Assembly (NCBI RefSeq): GCF_006345805.1
Contig: NC_043000.1
Span: 13,392,001-13,456,000, forward strand
DNA: 64,000 bases
Direction of reading: 5' to 3'
Source of the DNA: Octopus sinensis
Taxonomy: Eukaryota
The stretch's first letter is position 1; the number at the start of each line of letters is the position of its first letter. The notes under the pieces are model-generated. The model saw only the letters and a list, made by a program, of their open reading frames with translations, was not told the DNA's origin and made no database searches. The position numbers were made by a program, and so were the translations under genes. Below, piece by piece: positions 1 through 12,983 of the stretch.

Positions 1-2938
1 TGCTGGATGGAAACACGTACTGAGGTCAATATGATCAATTAAATTTTTGAAGGTGATATCCCATCATGGCGACAGTCGAAAGACTAAATGGCTTCAAATT
101 TAAGGTAATGGATTACTAACCACACATTTCGGTCTACTTGACTTCCAACAATTAACAATTGTAACTTGAAGTTAAATGGTTGGCAGTAAGAAAGATGTCC
201 AAGTTTCTAAATCATTGCGCAAAATGTTGAGAAAAAGTATTTTTTCACCACAAAACACATACACACACAGGTGTCTCTGTGGTAAATTGAGCTACTACAA
301 ATAGCAGTCAAATCTCACTTAAAACACCCTCTTTCATCAAAAGACACAGATTTATAGTATTTCAGGAAGAAAAATAATATGCGATGGGTTTACTACATCA
401 GAGACAACTCTGGGCTAAACAAAACACAGACAAACATACTTTACATTAAGAATTTATGTACTAAATAATACTAATAAAGTTGACGGTATATCTTCGAATC
501 TTGATTCTCGGGTAAAACTCCATGTATTTTAAGATTGTTCAAGCAGAGTTGCCTACATTAGCTGAGGACCTCAAAATTGTGCGACCCGACTTCGTTTTCG
601 AGATTATTTTTGTAGTAAAAAGTTGTGCAAAACACATAGCCGAATGATTACTGAATCTTTTGATACCTCATACGTCAAAATCAACAACTCAGTTTTCGAA
701 TCCATAAGGAACACACACACACACACACAATCTCTGTTTTATTATATAAATTAGTAAAATCGGCTGATTTTCTGTAGATCAGCATTTACATACACCGTAC
801 TCGCTGGTTTACGGTACATCAGTAGTTATGTGGAGACGTCACATCGTTCCGTTGTATCTCGTAAATCTTTGTTAATTATCTAAATGAAAAATCCCTCTAG
901 AAAGATGAAAAGCATGTTCAATTTTCATTCACCTGTCAGTTATTTGCAATCATTGCGGTTATGCGCCACCTTGGTGACCAGTCGCGGTAACACAAAATAT
1001 CAGCAAGAAAAACGAGTTTTACCTCCTGTAGCAATTGAATTGAACCAAAATATAAACAACAAAAGAGTTGATAAAAAAACCTATTAAGTTGAACTACAGA
1101 ACTCCCATAACTAATTTCTTTGTGATAAATGCATAGGTTTCTACTTCATTCTCCTATACTGTTACAGCATTGTATTTACATGTGCAATCATGCATTTCTT
1201 CAACAATAGCACTTTAAGATATATTTCAATAAGTGTATGATGATACATACAAAATTTGCTTTTTTCCACAAATTATGCATGCAAAAACAGGTGCTTTTTA
1301 TGCAGCAGTCCGTCTAATACGCGGACAAATACGATGACTAAAACACCTTTATACATGTAATTCTCCAATAACAAGACCTCGACTTTGCTTGTCATCTTTT
1401 CGAGGTTAATAAAATAAGTACCAGTTGTGTCTATAGTAGAAAGAAATACTTTATGGGGAAAATATTAAAATTTAGCCTCACTTGGCTAAAAAGATTCACT
1501 AACATTGTCTTAGTATGTGGTTGTTTTGTCATTCTCTAGACCCTTTCTGGTGTATTGCTTACGTCATCTTTTTCTGCTGGCATTTCATAATGCCGGTATA
1601 ACTTACTGAATATGAACTCTTTCGTACAGTAGTTGTATCCTCTCTTGGTTAAAAGTAAGAAGGAGGTGCTTTGATTATCATTTACTCTCCTAACATCTTA
1701 GTAATGGTGACGGCTTCGAGAATAGAGGTAAAAGTTTCTTAAATATTATTTTTAAAGTTCCAGCCTAAATGAGGCTAACGAGTACGTTAAAAAAAGCGTG
1801 AGTTGAAAAGGTTGTATTCCTAGAGCTCTTGGAGAAAATTTCCCAGGTTTTCCAGCTGTACCTGAGTCTGAATATCTGTTTCTCTAAGTAAATAATTCCC
1901 TCGAACTTTACTCAACAGCATGTTATGGCGAAGAGTAGAAGACCTTGGTGCCACGTATAATGCAACCGCAATCACCTGAAGACCTCCTAACAACAAAATC
2001 CAAGACACTATGGACGTGCACTGTAGCCACAACAGCAGTAACGTAACAGAAAGCAGGCACGCAAACCAACACTAGGACACAAAAGAGAATTATCGACTAG
2101 TTTAACGTCAAAGGAACCGTCTCCGTTCTAAATTATACCAACGTAAACCACACGCGCGCACAAATTCACCAGCCAGCCTTTTCCTTCCTATTCTTACCTA
2201 TTACTTATTTCTTGATTTCTCTGCATTCTTGTCAATTCACCAATAGAGGCGAAGTGTGAAACATGGTAAATTTGGGTACGTGGTAAGGAAGATGCAGAAA
2301 ACAACCAATGATCCTTGTCTTCCATAAAAGCAGAAAGGCCGACGACCACAAAAGATCTCACAAACAAAATACCCTCTGCACTACAACCATCACCGGCCCA
2401 TAACATTCTGAGTTCATGATGCCCAAGACAGTTTTGTCTTTCATCCCTCCGACATCGATAAAATAAAGTACCAGTCAAGTACTGAGATAGATTTAATCCA
2501 CCAAACTTCTTCCTTTAATTCTTTTTTGTGCCTATATTTCTTAAGTATATAGCTCCTGTTCTTGTTTTAATCGTTTAAACTCCTTAGTAAGATGCAGCTA
2601 ACATACAAAGACGTTCCAGCGGGTACCATCCTGGCTCTCTTCTTCTAGTCTCCTTAAGACTACATTGTATAATGTGTCCTTTCTTTTTGAAACACATAAT
2701 ACAATATGTCCTTCAAGAAGTGCGATTTGAGTGAATACGCGTAAGCCTGCTATTTCTAGCATGTGGCACAACCACGTAGTGACTCTGCCGTTGATTGCCT
2801 CTTTGGGTGGAGATGCTGATGACATCGCTCCTGCTGCTAGTCATTGATGATGATGATGATGATGTCGACGACGACGCTGTATTGTTGTTGATGCCTTTGC
2901 TACTAATGATGAGTCTAGTGTTGTTCGGTATGAGTGAA

Positions 2939-3270
2939 GGCACAAGGCTCAGTGGTTAGAGCGTCGAGCTTACGATCGTGAGGTTATGAGTTCGATTCCC
3001 GGACCGGGCTGCATGCTGTGTTCTTGAGCAAGACACTTTATTTCACGTTGCTCCAGTTCACTCAGCTGTAGAAATGAGTTGCGACATCACTGGTGCCAAG
3101 CTGTATCGGCCTATGCCTTTCCTTTGGGTAACATCAATGGCATGGAGAGGGGAGGCTGGTATGCTTGGGCGTCTGCTGGTCTTCCGTAAGCAAACTTGCC
3201 CGGACTTGTGCCTCGGAGGGTAACTTTCTAGATGCAATCTCATGGTCATTCATGACCGAAGGAGGTCTCC
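2939..3270 (+). mobile_element. tRNA-derived SINE (family E here)
   Basis: A-box-like GGCTCAGTGG and B-box GAGTTCGATTCC. Flanked by the direct repeat TTCGGTATGA (2924-2933 / 3282-3291). A second, 5'-truncated copy lies at 10435-10730. Confidence 0.8.
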
Positions 3271-3369
3271 TGCTCCTCCTATTCGGTATGAACATACATA
3301 TTCACTCTCCGTTGTCTGTCATGCTAAGAAGTCGAGAAAATTGTTTTACAAACGCATATGTATTTTTAG

Positions 3370-3703
3370 TGTGTGAATGTGTGTGTGTGAGTAAGAGTGT
3401 GTATGTATGTGTGTGCGCATGTGTGTATGCATGTATGTATGTACAAGTGTGTGTGGTTTGCACACATGTGTAGGTGTATGCTTGTTCTTGTTAATGTGTA
3501 TTTGTGTGTACGTGTGTACGTCTGTTTCGTGTCTCGTTAATATGTTTATCTGAGCACACGCGCGTGTGTGTATATGTATGTACGGGTGCGTGTGTATCTG
3601 TGAGTGTGTATGTGTGCATGTATGTACGTGTGTGTGTGTGCATGTACGTACATGTGTGCGTGTGTGTTTGTGTGTGTGTGTGTGTGCGCGCGCGCGCGCG
3701 TGT

Positions 3704-3758
<55 letters not shown>

Positions 3759-3950
3759 CGCGTGTGTGTGAGTGTGTGTGTGTGTGTGCGTGTGTGTGTT
3801 GTGTGTGCGTGTGTGTGTGTGTGTGCATGTACGTACGTGCGTGCGTGCGTGTGTGTGTGTGTGTGCATGTGTGTGTGTGTGTGTGTGTGCATGTGTGTGT
3901 GTGTGTGTGTGTGCGCATGTACGTGCGTGCGTGTGTGTGTGTGTGTGTAG
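3370..3950. repeat. Compound (GT)n/(GC)n microsatellite
   Basis: Dinucleotide runs seen directly; source of the VCVC/HTHT ORFs. Confidence 0.95.
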
Positions 3951-4112
3951 ACGAGTAAAAGCGGGTGTTTCTTAAGCAAATTGGTTGCCTTGGTTTGCTT
4001 CAACAAAGCTTGCTCGGAAGTTAACTGCAGAGTGTCAACAAAGAAGCGGTAAAGGGGCACAGATTGGCACCAGCCGTGACACAATAAGCCAACATGTACT
4101 GTCAGGTTGTGT

Positions 4113-4494
4113 GGAGGCGCAATGGCCCAGTGGTTAGGGCAGCGGACTCGCGGTCATAGGATCGCGGTTTCGATTCCCAGACCGGGCGTTGTGAGTGTTT
4201 ATTGAGCGAAAACACCTAAACCTCCACGAGGCTCCGGCAGGGATGGTGGTGATCCCTGCTGTACTCTTTCACCACAACTTTCTCTCACTCTTACTTCCTG
4301 TTTCTGTTGTAACTGTATTTCAAAGGGCCGGCCTTGTCACTCTCTGTGTCACGCTGAATATCCCCGCGAACTACGTTAAGGGTACACGTGTCTGTGGAGT
4401 GCTCAGCCACTTACACGTTAATTTCACGAGCAGGCTGTTCCGTTGATTCGGATCAACCGGAACCCTCATCGTCGTAACCGACGGAGTGCTTCCA
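4113..4494 (+). mobile_element. tRNA-derived SINE (family B here), ~380 bp
   Basis: Head GGAGGCGCAATGGCCCAGTGG...TTCGATTCCC. 13-bp TSD ACTGTCAGGTTGT (4098-4110 / 4495-4507). At least 7 near-identical copies in the window. Confidence 0.9.
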
Positions 4495-4599
4495 ACTGTC
4501 AGGTTGTAACTACTTGTCCACAGTCGATCACACCTTGATCTTTCTTCTATTGTACACTGGTGTTAACTGTAAATTTGGACGACCGGGTGAAAAGTGGGG

Positions 4600-5206
4600 G
4601 TGGAGAGGCAAAGAGACAATGAAAGAGAGAGAGATGAGAGAGAGACAAAAAGTTATACAATGAAAGATATAGAACAACCAACAATGTACAACTGGTGTTA
4701 ATTGTAAATTTGGACGACCGGGTAGAGAGAGAGGGAGAGTTAGAGAGAGACACACAGAGATAGACATTGAGAAAGAGAAAGAGAGACGGAAAGACAATGA
4801 GAGAGAGAAAGGAAGAGAAAAAGAAAGGAAGAAAGAAAGAAAGAAAGAAAGAAAGGAAGAAAGGAGGAAAGAAAGAAGAAATGAACGAAGGAAAGAAAGG
4901 AGAAAAAAGAGAAAGACAGACAGGCAATGAGAATATATGAGAGAGAGAATGTGCGGGTGTAAGAGAGCGCGAGGGAGAGACAATGACTGTGTGTAGGAGA
5001 GCGAAAAGACGTGAGAAGGAGAGAGGGAGCGTGTGTGTATCAGAGAGAGAGAGAGAGAGTACTTATATGTGTGAGAGAGAGGGGGAGATAGATAGAGAGA
5101 GAGGGGGAGATAAATAGAGAGAGAGAGGGGAGATAGAGAGAGAGAAGGGGAGTACTTGTGTGTGTGATGGAAAGATGGCGATAGATAGATAAATAGAAAG
5201 AGAGGG

Positions 5207-5250
<44 letters not shown>
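4600..5250. repeat. GA-rich low-complexity tract ending in (TA)n
   Basis: (GA)n/(GAAA)n runs seen directly. Confidence 0.9.
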
Positions 5251-5251
<1 letters not shown>

Positions 5252-5623
5252 ATATAAACGGCAGTTTGTCTGTGCGTTTTCTGTGTGTCTGTTTGTTTGT
5301 ACCCTCACCCTGACCACGGCTTTCAACCGATTCTGATGAAACTTGACACACACATAGCCCAATGTCATAATTCAAAACTAACGCAGCGAAAATTTTGAAA
5401 AGTTCCCCCAGTTCTGAAAAAAATCGATAAATTCGACATGGGGTCGAGAATCAGAAACACAAACCGCAAACTGTCTAGGGGACGCAACTCCACCTTTTTT
5501 AACTAAAAAAAAAATTTACCATCATTTTTTTCCATATTTTTGCTATTTTTTGGCTATAACTCTCTAAAAATGCTTTATAGTTATTTCCCTTACAAACCTG
5601 AGCAACGCCGGGCGATACTGCTA

Positions 5624-5624
<1 letters not shown>
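5249..5624 (+). mobile_element. Non-autonomous Helitron-like element
   Basis: 5' TC(TATATAAA) start, subterminal GTYT microsatellite, and a 3' GC-rich hairpin (CCTGAGCAACGCCGGG) followed by CTAG. Inserted between A and T in a (TA)n tract with no TSD. Confidence 0.7.
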
Positions 5625-5686
<62 letters not shown>

Positions 5687-5764
5687 TAGTAGTGCTGGTG
5701 TTTATAGTTTCATAAGGTTTATAAAACTTGAAGAAACAAAGTTAGGATGTTTCACCTGAGATAC

Positions 5765-6157
5765 CTGTTTCAGTCATTTGACTGCGGCCATGCTGGAGCA
5801 CCGCCTTTTTTAGTCGAGCAAATCGATCCCAGGACTTATTCTTTGCAAGCCTAGTACTTATTCTATCGGTCTCTCTTGCCGAACCGCTAAGTGACGGGGA
5901 CGTAAACACACCAGCATCGGTTGCCAAGCGATGTTGGGGGGACAAACACAGACACACGTACACACACACACATACATATATACATATATACATATATACG
6001 ATGGGCTTCTTTTCAGTTTCCGTCTACCAAATCCATTTGCAAGGCTTTGGTCGGCCTGAAGCTATAGTAGAAGACACTTGCCCAAGGTGCTACGCAGTGG
6101 GACTGAACCCGGAACCATGTGGTTGGTAAGCAAGCTACTTACCACACAGCCACACCT
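5765..6157 (-). mobile_element. tRNA-derived SINE (family C here) with internal microsatellite
   Basis: Matches copies at 10735-11160(-), 28384-28830(+), 39126-39512(+) and 51931-52330(+). Partial or diverged copies at 7045, 25040, 29820, 37425, 38560, 52670, 53410, 54630, 56470, 58120, 60320 and 62220. Confidence 0.85.
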
Positions 6158-6455
6158 AGGAAAACTGGGGTCCATGACCCAAGTTTAGATTTTCAAGACA
6201 TTGCAGAATAAAATAAATGATTATTCAGGATAAGGCTGATAAAGATACAACTTCGAAATCGCAAAGTAATTTACAATCTTCAGAAATAGTCTAACGTTTT
6301 TAGAAGCTTTTTCTTTAGTACTTGATCTACTGTGGACACAGAAATTCAGAATATAACATCATCAAAGCAATATCAATTACCTCCATTAAAAAGATGTTCT
6401 CTGGTAAAATATTAAATGCTGCTGTGATAACGTTACCGCTATTCTATACAGACAC

Positions 6456-6497
<42 letters not shown>

Positions 6498-6659
6498 GCA
6501 CACACACGCACGCACACACACACACACTCACACACACACGCACGCACACACACGCACGCACACACACACACACTCACACACACACGCGTATAGAAGCAAA
6601 TGTGGGGAAAAGCAAATTAGACACATCAGTATACGAAGTCTATTAAATACATATGTGAA

Positions 6660-6980
6660 GGCGCGTGGCTTAACGGTTAGGGTATTCGGCTCGCGATCGT
6701 AAGGTCACGAGTTCGATTCCCAGTGGCACGTTGTGTCCTTGAACAAGACACTTTATTTCACGTTGCTCCAGTCCACCCAGCCGGCAAAAAATGAGTAGTA
6801 CCTGTATTTCAAGGGGCCAGCCTTGTCACACTCTGTGTCACACTGAATCTCACTGAGATGTATGTGAAAAGATAAGCATGTCTGTGGAGCGCTCAGCCAC
6901 TTGCACGTTAATCTCACGAGCAAGCTGTTCCGTTGAGCGGATTAACTGGAACTATCGTGGTTATAAGCGTTGAAGTGCCA
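6660..6980 (+). mobile_element. Mosaic SINE: family-E-like head, family-B-like 3' half
   Basis: GTGTCCTTGAACAAGACACTTTATTTCACGTTGCTCCAG is shared with 2939-3270. CCTGTATTTCAAGGGGCCAGCCTTGTCAC...CAGCCACTTGCACGTTAAT is shared with 4113-4494. Confidence 0.7.
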
Positions 6981-7255
6981 GTCTAAATACATTAAATACA
7001 AAATATGTATATATCCCTTCTTTCTTTTTCTTTTATTCTTTTATTTGCTACAGTCATTTGACTGCGGCCATGCTGGAGCACCGCCTTTAGTCGAGCAAAT
7101 CGACCCCATGACTTATTCTTTGTAAGCCTAGTACTTATTCTATCGGGCTCCTTTTGCCGAACCGCTAAGTGACGGGGACGTAAACACACCAGCATCGGTT
7201 GTCAAGCGATGTTGGGGAACAAACACAGACACACAAACATATACACGTACATACA

Positions 7256-7348
<93 letters not shown>

Positions 7349-7595
7349 ACTCAAATTGGGTACAAACTGTTAAACCCCAACAAAAGAGTCCAAAATGTTA
7401 AACTCTACAAAAAATGTTTTTTCTCTCTACACCCACCCCAAATTCTTTCTAATATTTCTAATATTTGATAATATTTGATGTATACTGGGAATATTTTGTT
7501 AAACATTCTCTAAAATATACTTGCGTGCTATTTCCAACTTTGTATATTTTTTTAAACTATAACTTTTGATTTGTCTGGTCTCCTAACCACTTTAC

Positions 7596-7724
<129 letters not shown>

Positions 7725-7784
7725 CCTACATATCTATCTATCTATCTATCTATCTATATATCTATCTATCTATCTATCTATCTA

Positions 7785-7840
<56 letters not shown>

Positions 7841-7854
7841 TCTATCTACCTAGC

Positions 7855-8080
7855 GAGCTGGCAGAAACGTTAGCACGCCGGGCGAAATGCGTAGCCGTAT
7901 TTCGTCTGTCGTTATGTTGTGAGTTCAAATTCCGCCGAGGTCGACTTTGCCTTTCATACTTTCGGGGTCGATAAATTAAGTACCAGTTATGCACTGGGGT
8001 CGATGTAAACGACTTAATCCCTTTGTCTTTCCTTGTTTGTCCCCCTCTATGTTTAGCCCCTTGTGGGCAATAAAGAAATA
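7855..8080 (+). mobile_element. tRNA-derived SINE (family A here), monomer ~230 bp
   Basis: GAGCTGGCAGAAACGTTAGC...GAGTTCAAATTCC...AAAGAAATA. Other monomers or partials at 12277, 28147, 28840, 29455 and 55095-55320(-). Confidence 0.85.
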
Positions 8081-8123
8081 TATCTATCTATCTATCTACC
8101 TATCGGTCTATCTATCTACTTGC

Positions 8124-8182
<59 letters not shown>

Positions 8183-8613
8183 CATATCTATATATGTATG
8201 AATGTATGTATACATGTACATATTCTTAGAATAAATGTTCTTGAGTAATGTCAAATGTTTTGCTTGTTCATTATCTGTTATTATGTATACGTATATATAT
8301 GTATGTATATACGATGTATGCATGTATATGGAATGATGTTAATCCAGCACTTACAGAAAGGAGCCACTGCCGCCACTACAGTCACTACAGCCACCACCAC
8401 CACCACCACGACTAACGGCATTACCATTACCACCCTAACGAATATAGCCAAGTGCACTTTTGAGAAAAGAAAAAGTCAGTCAAATATCTGTCACTGAGCG
8501 AACTTCTCGACCACATTATCCCAAATCTGTCCTGGGGGTCGATAACAAAAGTAAATGCTCCTTGAAATTAGTCATGGAGACCAGGGGTAATGTGTGGTGT
8601 GTGTGTGTGTGTG

Positions 8614-8648
<35 letters not shown>

Positions 8649-8697
8649 ACACGTACATATACATATCTATTTATCCATCTGTGTATCAATATATCTA

Positions 8698-8793
<96 letters not shown>

Positions 8794-9428
8794 AACACAT
8801 ACACATATATGTTTGCACTATAGAGGGTCTCCGTTAGTCAGGGCTTATCATTTATCTGCATTTGTGTGTGCAGGTCCGAGCAAGCACAGTTTTGTGAAGG
8901 ACTGATAGTTGCCCAAACATGCAACTTAACTCTTCTCCATTGCTACCGATGTTATTGAAAGGAAAGGCCGCAGCTCTTTAGGTCCGATGCAGCTTAACCA
9001 CTGGCGACAAAATGCAGAGAGCTATAAGAGATATCGCAAAGCTCTCACAGCTTCCCACCAACTCCCCTTGTGGATTAGCACTTTTATTCAAATATCCCCC
9101 CCCCCCCGCCACTCAAACTCTCCAAAGGAGTGCCAACTTAGTTGTGAGGCTAAAGAGTTTACTTTGCAGCCATATAGTTTCCGGTTCGATAACACTACCC
9201 TGCGCCTTGAGCCAGTGTCAATGTTACTAGATCTGTTTGGGTAGCATCTTGTGAATGGAATTTTTTTAACAAAAGCTGCGCCCAAACTAAGTCGTATGTG
9301 TTTGCATGCACATCTGCACATATATGCGTGTGTATTCTCTATTTTGTTAATACTATATTAATCTACTTTGTAACCAGAGTGAACTGAATTCCTGTAGTAT
9401 ATACGCTTCACGTACCGTATTTAATAGC

Positions 9429-9551
9429 ATGTAATCTCCAGGGATACAGGCATCCAGCAACAGGACCTCAGTAATGCCATGATGGACCGTGAAGTCTGGC
9501 GTAGCATGGTAAATTCCATTGTCTCGACCACGGTCGAACAATGATGATGAT
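9429..9551 (+). mobile_element. RTE LINE 3'-end fragment with (TGA)n tail
   Basis: Near-identical to the 3' end of the RTE remnant at 45826-46185(-). Another copy at 18171-18309(-). Confidence 0.8.
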
Positions 9552-9689
9552 AATAGCATAAAAAACACACGCTCTCACCCACCGAAAAACAAAGTGTTTC
9601 AAAACGTCACTCTAGACCCTGTATGCAAAGTTGGGTTTATATGTTGGTTTCAAATTTTGGCACAATGCCAGCAGGTTTGGGGAGAGGCC

Positions 9690-10215
9690 AATTCAATTTA
9701 ATCGACTCTAATGTCCACTGGTACTTATTTTAACGATTCCGAAAGATGAAAGACAAAGTCGACTTCGGCGACATTTGAACTCAGAAAGTAAAAACGGACG
9801 TAATGCCTATTTCTTTATTACCCACAAGGGGCTAAACATAGAAGGGACAAACAAGGACATACATAGGTATTAAGTCGATTACATCGACCCCAGTGCGTAA
9901 CTGGTATTTGATTTATCGACCCCGAAAGGATGAAAGGTAAAGTCGACCTCGGCGGAATTTGAACTCACAACGTAACGGCAGACGAAATACCTATTTCTTT
10001 ACCACCCACAAGGGGCTAAACACAGACAGGACAAACAAGGACAGACATAGGTATTAAGTCGATTATATCGACCCCAGTGCGTGACTGGTACTTATTTAAT
10101 CGACCCCGAAAGGATGAAAGGTAAAGTCGACCTCGGCGGAATTTGAACTCACAACGTAACGGCAGACGAAATACCGCTAAGTATTTCGCCCGACGTGCTA
10201 ACGTTTCTACCAGCT
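9690..10215 (-). mobile_element. Family A SINE trimer (one headed unit plus 5'-truncated units)
   Basis: Junctions AAGAAATA|GG(T/C)ATT at ~9991 and ~9807; ~184-bp period. Confidence 0.8.
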
Positions 10216-11308
10216 CTCCGGACGTAATGCCGTTAAGCATTTTACCCAGCGTGTTAATGCTTCTGCCAGCTTGCAGAGCCTTAAGTTGGGCTTATGTATT
10301 ACAAGCTTTCGTTTACTTTTCCTGAATATGAGCTGCTGAAATCGAACTACGCAAACAGACCTGTGCGCTTTTTTTTTATGCTGTCAAATACGGTTTATTT
10401 TGTGAGTGCTCTCTTTTTACTCTTTTACTTGTTTCGTGAGGTTGTGAGCTCGAATCTCGGACCGGGCTGTGTGTTGTGTTCTTGAGCAAGACACTTTATC
10501 TCACATTACTCCAGTTCACTCAGCTGTAGAAATGAGTTGCGACGTCACTGGTGCCAAGCTGTATCGACCTTTGTCTTTCCCTTGGATAACATCGGTGACG
10601 TGGAGAGGGAAGGCTGGTAAGCATGGGCGACTGCTCGTCTTCCATAAACAACCTCGCCCGGACTTGTGTCTAGGAGGGTAACTTTCTAGGTGCAATCCCA
10701 TGGTCTGTGTCGGTACCGAAGGGGGTCTCCGATACTTGTTTCAGTCATTTGACTGTGGCCATGCTGGAGCACCGCCCTTAGTCGAGCACATCGACCCAAG
10801 GACTTATTCTTTGTAAGCCTAGTACTTATTCTATCGGTCACTTTTGCCGAACCGCTAAGTTAGGATGACGTAAACACACCAGCATCGTTGTCAAGCAATG
10901 TTGGAGGGACAAACACAGACACACAAACACACACACACACCACACACACACACACACACATACATATGCACATACATATATACGACAGGCTTCTTTCAGT
11001 TTCAGTCTACCAAATCCACTCACAAGGCTTTGGTCGGCCCAAGGCTATAGTAGAAGACACTTGGCCAAGGTGCCACGCAGTGGGACTGAACCCGGAACCA
11101 TGTGGTTCGTAAACCATGTGGTTCGTAAACAAGCTACTTACCACACAGTCACTCCAACGCCTAGTTTTAAATTTTCATCCACTAAGAAAATCTGCAACGA
11201 AATATTTATGTCTAAAACAAACGTAAGTTAAAATGGGTACCTTCATATATTTATAGATTAATAGACCCAGGCTTCAGAACTCAATACTGTGTGTGTGTGT
11301 GTGTGTGT

Positions 11309-11348
<40 letters not shown>

Positions 11349-11730
11349 CGCGCGCGTGTGTGTGCGTAAGTACATATGCAACAGCTATTGCTCTGAAACA
11401 ACAGCTGAAATATAAATTATTCAACGAACGTAATCCAGCGAAGTAGATAAAAACATCAGAAAGCAATGTCTGTACGCCTGCACTACAGGATCGGCATGAT
11501 GCGAATACACTAACCATCCAACGACATTGTAAGGGAGAAAAATCAGCATAAAATGGTGGACATCCTAAATTCAGTACCCTTGAGAAGAAATTAATAACTT
11601 TTAAACATCGACTCAAAGCCTTGAATGAGAAACTAGCATAGAGAAAATGATTACAAGTCCATTGCCTTCGATTCACAAACTTTATATCAGAAAACGAAAA
11701 GTACCACCTCAGTAGAAAGAAACCGTTTTC

Positions 11731-12019
11731 GGATCTTTTCACTTTGACCGGCAGATTTTTAAAATAATTTCTTTGTAACTAAACACTTTTAAACTTCGTA
11801 TACTGGTAGCGTGTTACATAAAACATCTTTATCTCTTGGCTTTCTTGGGAAAATTCTGTAGTTTGTAAGCTATTTGTTGTTTAATTTCTTGCATTTCGGC
11901 AATTTCAACCAATCAATCACGTCTATAGAGGTGAATACAATATCTGCCGTATTTTGTCAACAACATTTTCTGGCGGTGTCATATGAATTTGTCACAATTT
12001 GTTCAAAGTGAAAAGATCC
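11731..12019. mobile_element. MITE, 289 bp, 17-bp TIRs, 8-bp TSD (Merlin- or hAT-like)
   Basis: TIR GGATCTTTTCACTTTGA (11731-11747) with a perfect reverse complement at 12003-12019. TSD CCGTTTTC (11723-11730 / 12020-12027). Confidence 0.85.
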
Positions 12020-12626
12020 CCGTTTTCTCGAGAAATTTGAAGTATTTTGGTTTAAAATCTCATTTGGAAAGAACACTATCAACTATAATACCTTCTGCTA
12101 GAAAACAATCAAGAATGAACACTATGCCAACAAACCTTCAAATCTAGGGCTTACATTATATCTAATTGAGAGCTACATAACGGAAAGGTCCTAGGGAAAA
12201 CTTATCGGTTGAATATTTGTACGAGGTGTTGACATTCTACTGAAGATCACTCATTTGTATATGTAAAGCATTTATTTAGGCGGTGAGCTGGCAGAATTGT
12301 TAGCACGCCGGGTAAAGTACCTAGCGTTATTTCGTCCGTCCTTACACTCTGAGTTCAAATACCGCTAAGGTTCACCTTGTCTTTCATCCTTTCGGGAACG
12401 ATAAAATAAGTATTACCAGAGCACTGAGCTCGATGTAATCGACTTTCCCAAAATTTGAAATCGATATTTAAAGCATTTCGCGTCAATAGTCTCGGTTTCC
12501 CTAATTCTGAACAACCATTGCCTTAAACACCCAGGGGCGCTAATGGAAAAATATTACATAATGTTACTGCAATTAAAGAAAGACTCATATCTCTCTCTCT
12601 CTCTCTCTCTCTCTCCCTCTCTCTCT

Positions 12627-12678
<52 letters not shown>

Positions 12679-12717
12679 ATATATATATATATACATATAT
12701 ATACATATATATACATA

Positions 12718-12749
<32 letters not shown>

Positions 12750-12938
12750 CGTTCAGCTCCATTTCTTCAATTCACTAATAATATTAAAATTCAATTATCC
12801 GCACCAACGCACGGTTGCAACACCATATGGTTGTACCTCCAACCGTGCTGTCTTCTGCTGTGATTTTTGCTACCAAGGTATCGGTTAAACTTTTGATTAA
12901 TCTGCTACAAGATTATTCATCTTTCTATTTCACATAAT
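12750..12938 (+). repeat. 5' pseudo-LTR (direct terminal repeat) of the Penelope-like element
   Basis: Matches 16474-16662 except ATCCGC/ATCTGC and CTGCTG/CTGGTG. Confidence 0.9.
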
Positions 12939-12983
12939 ACATACCGCTTCGTCAAGAAACTGCTACTTTAACCGATACCAATA

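Noticed and set aside
1290-1335. Tigger-like terminus (TAATACGCGGACAAATACG)
   Set aside because: The matching left TIR was not found.
4113-4200. tRNA gene calls at SINE heads (families A, B, C, E)
   Set aside because: They have A/B boxes but continue into SINE bodies with TSDs; no complete cloverleaf could be supported.
4195-4446. Recurrent ORF 'MVVIPAVLFHHNFLSLLLPV...' found several times
   Set aside because: Incidental frame within the family B SINE, not a gene family.
4551-4723. 38-bp direct repeat (TGTAC.ACTGGTGTTAA.TGTAAATTTGGACGACCGGGT) in the GA tract
   Set aside because: Only two copies; a local duplication with no element hallmarks.
5325-5350. CTGATGAAAC motif
   Set aside because: No helix II or helix I; it is part of the Helitron body.
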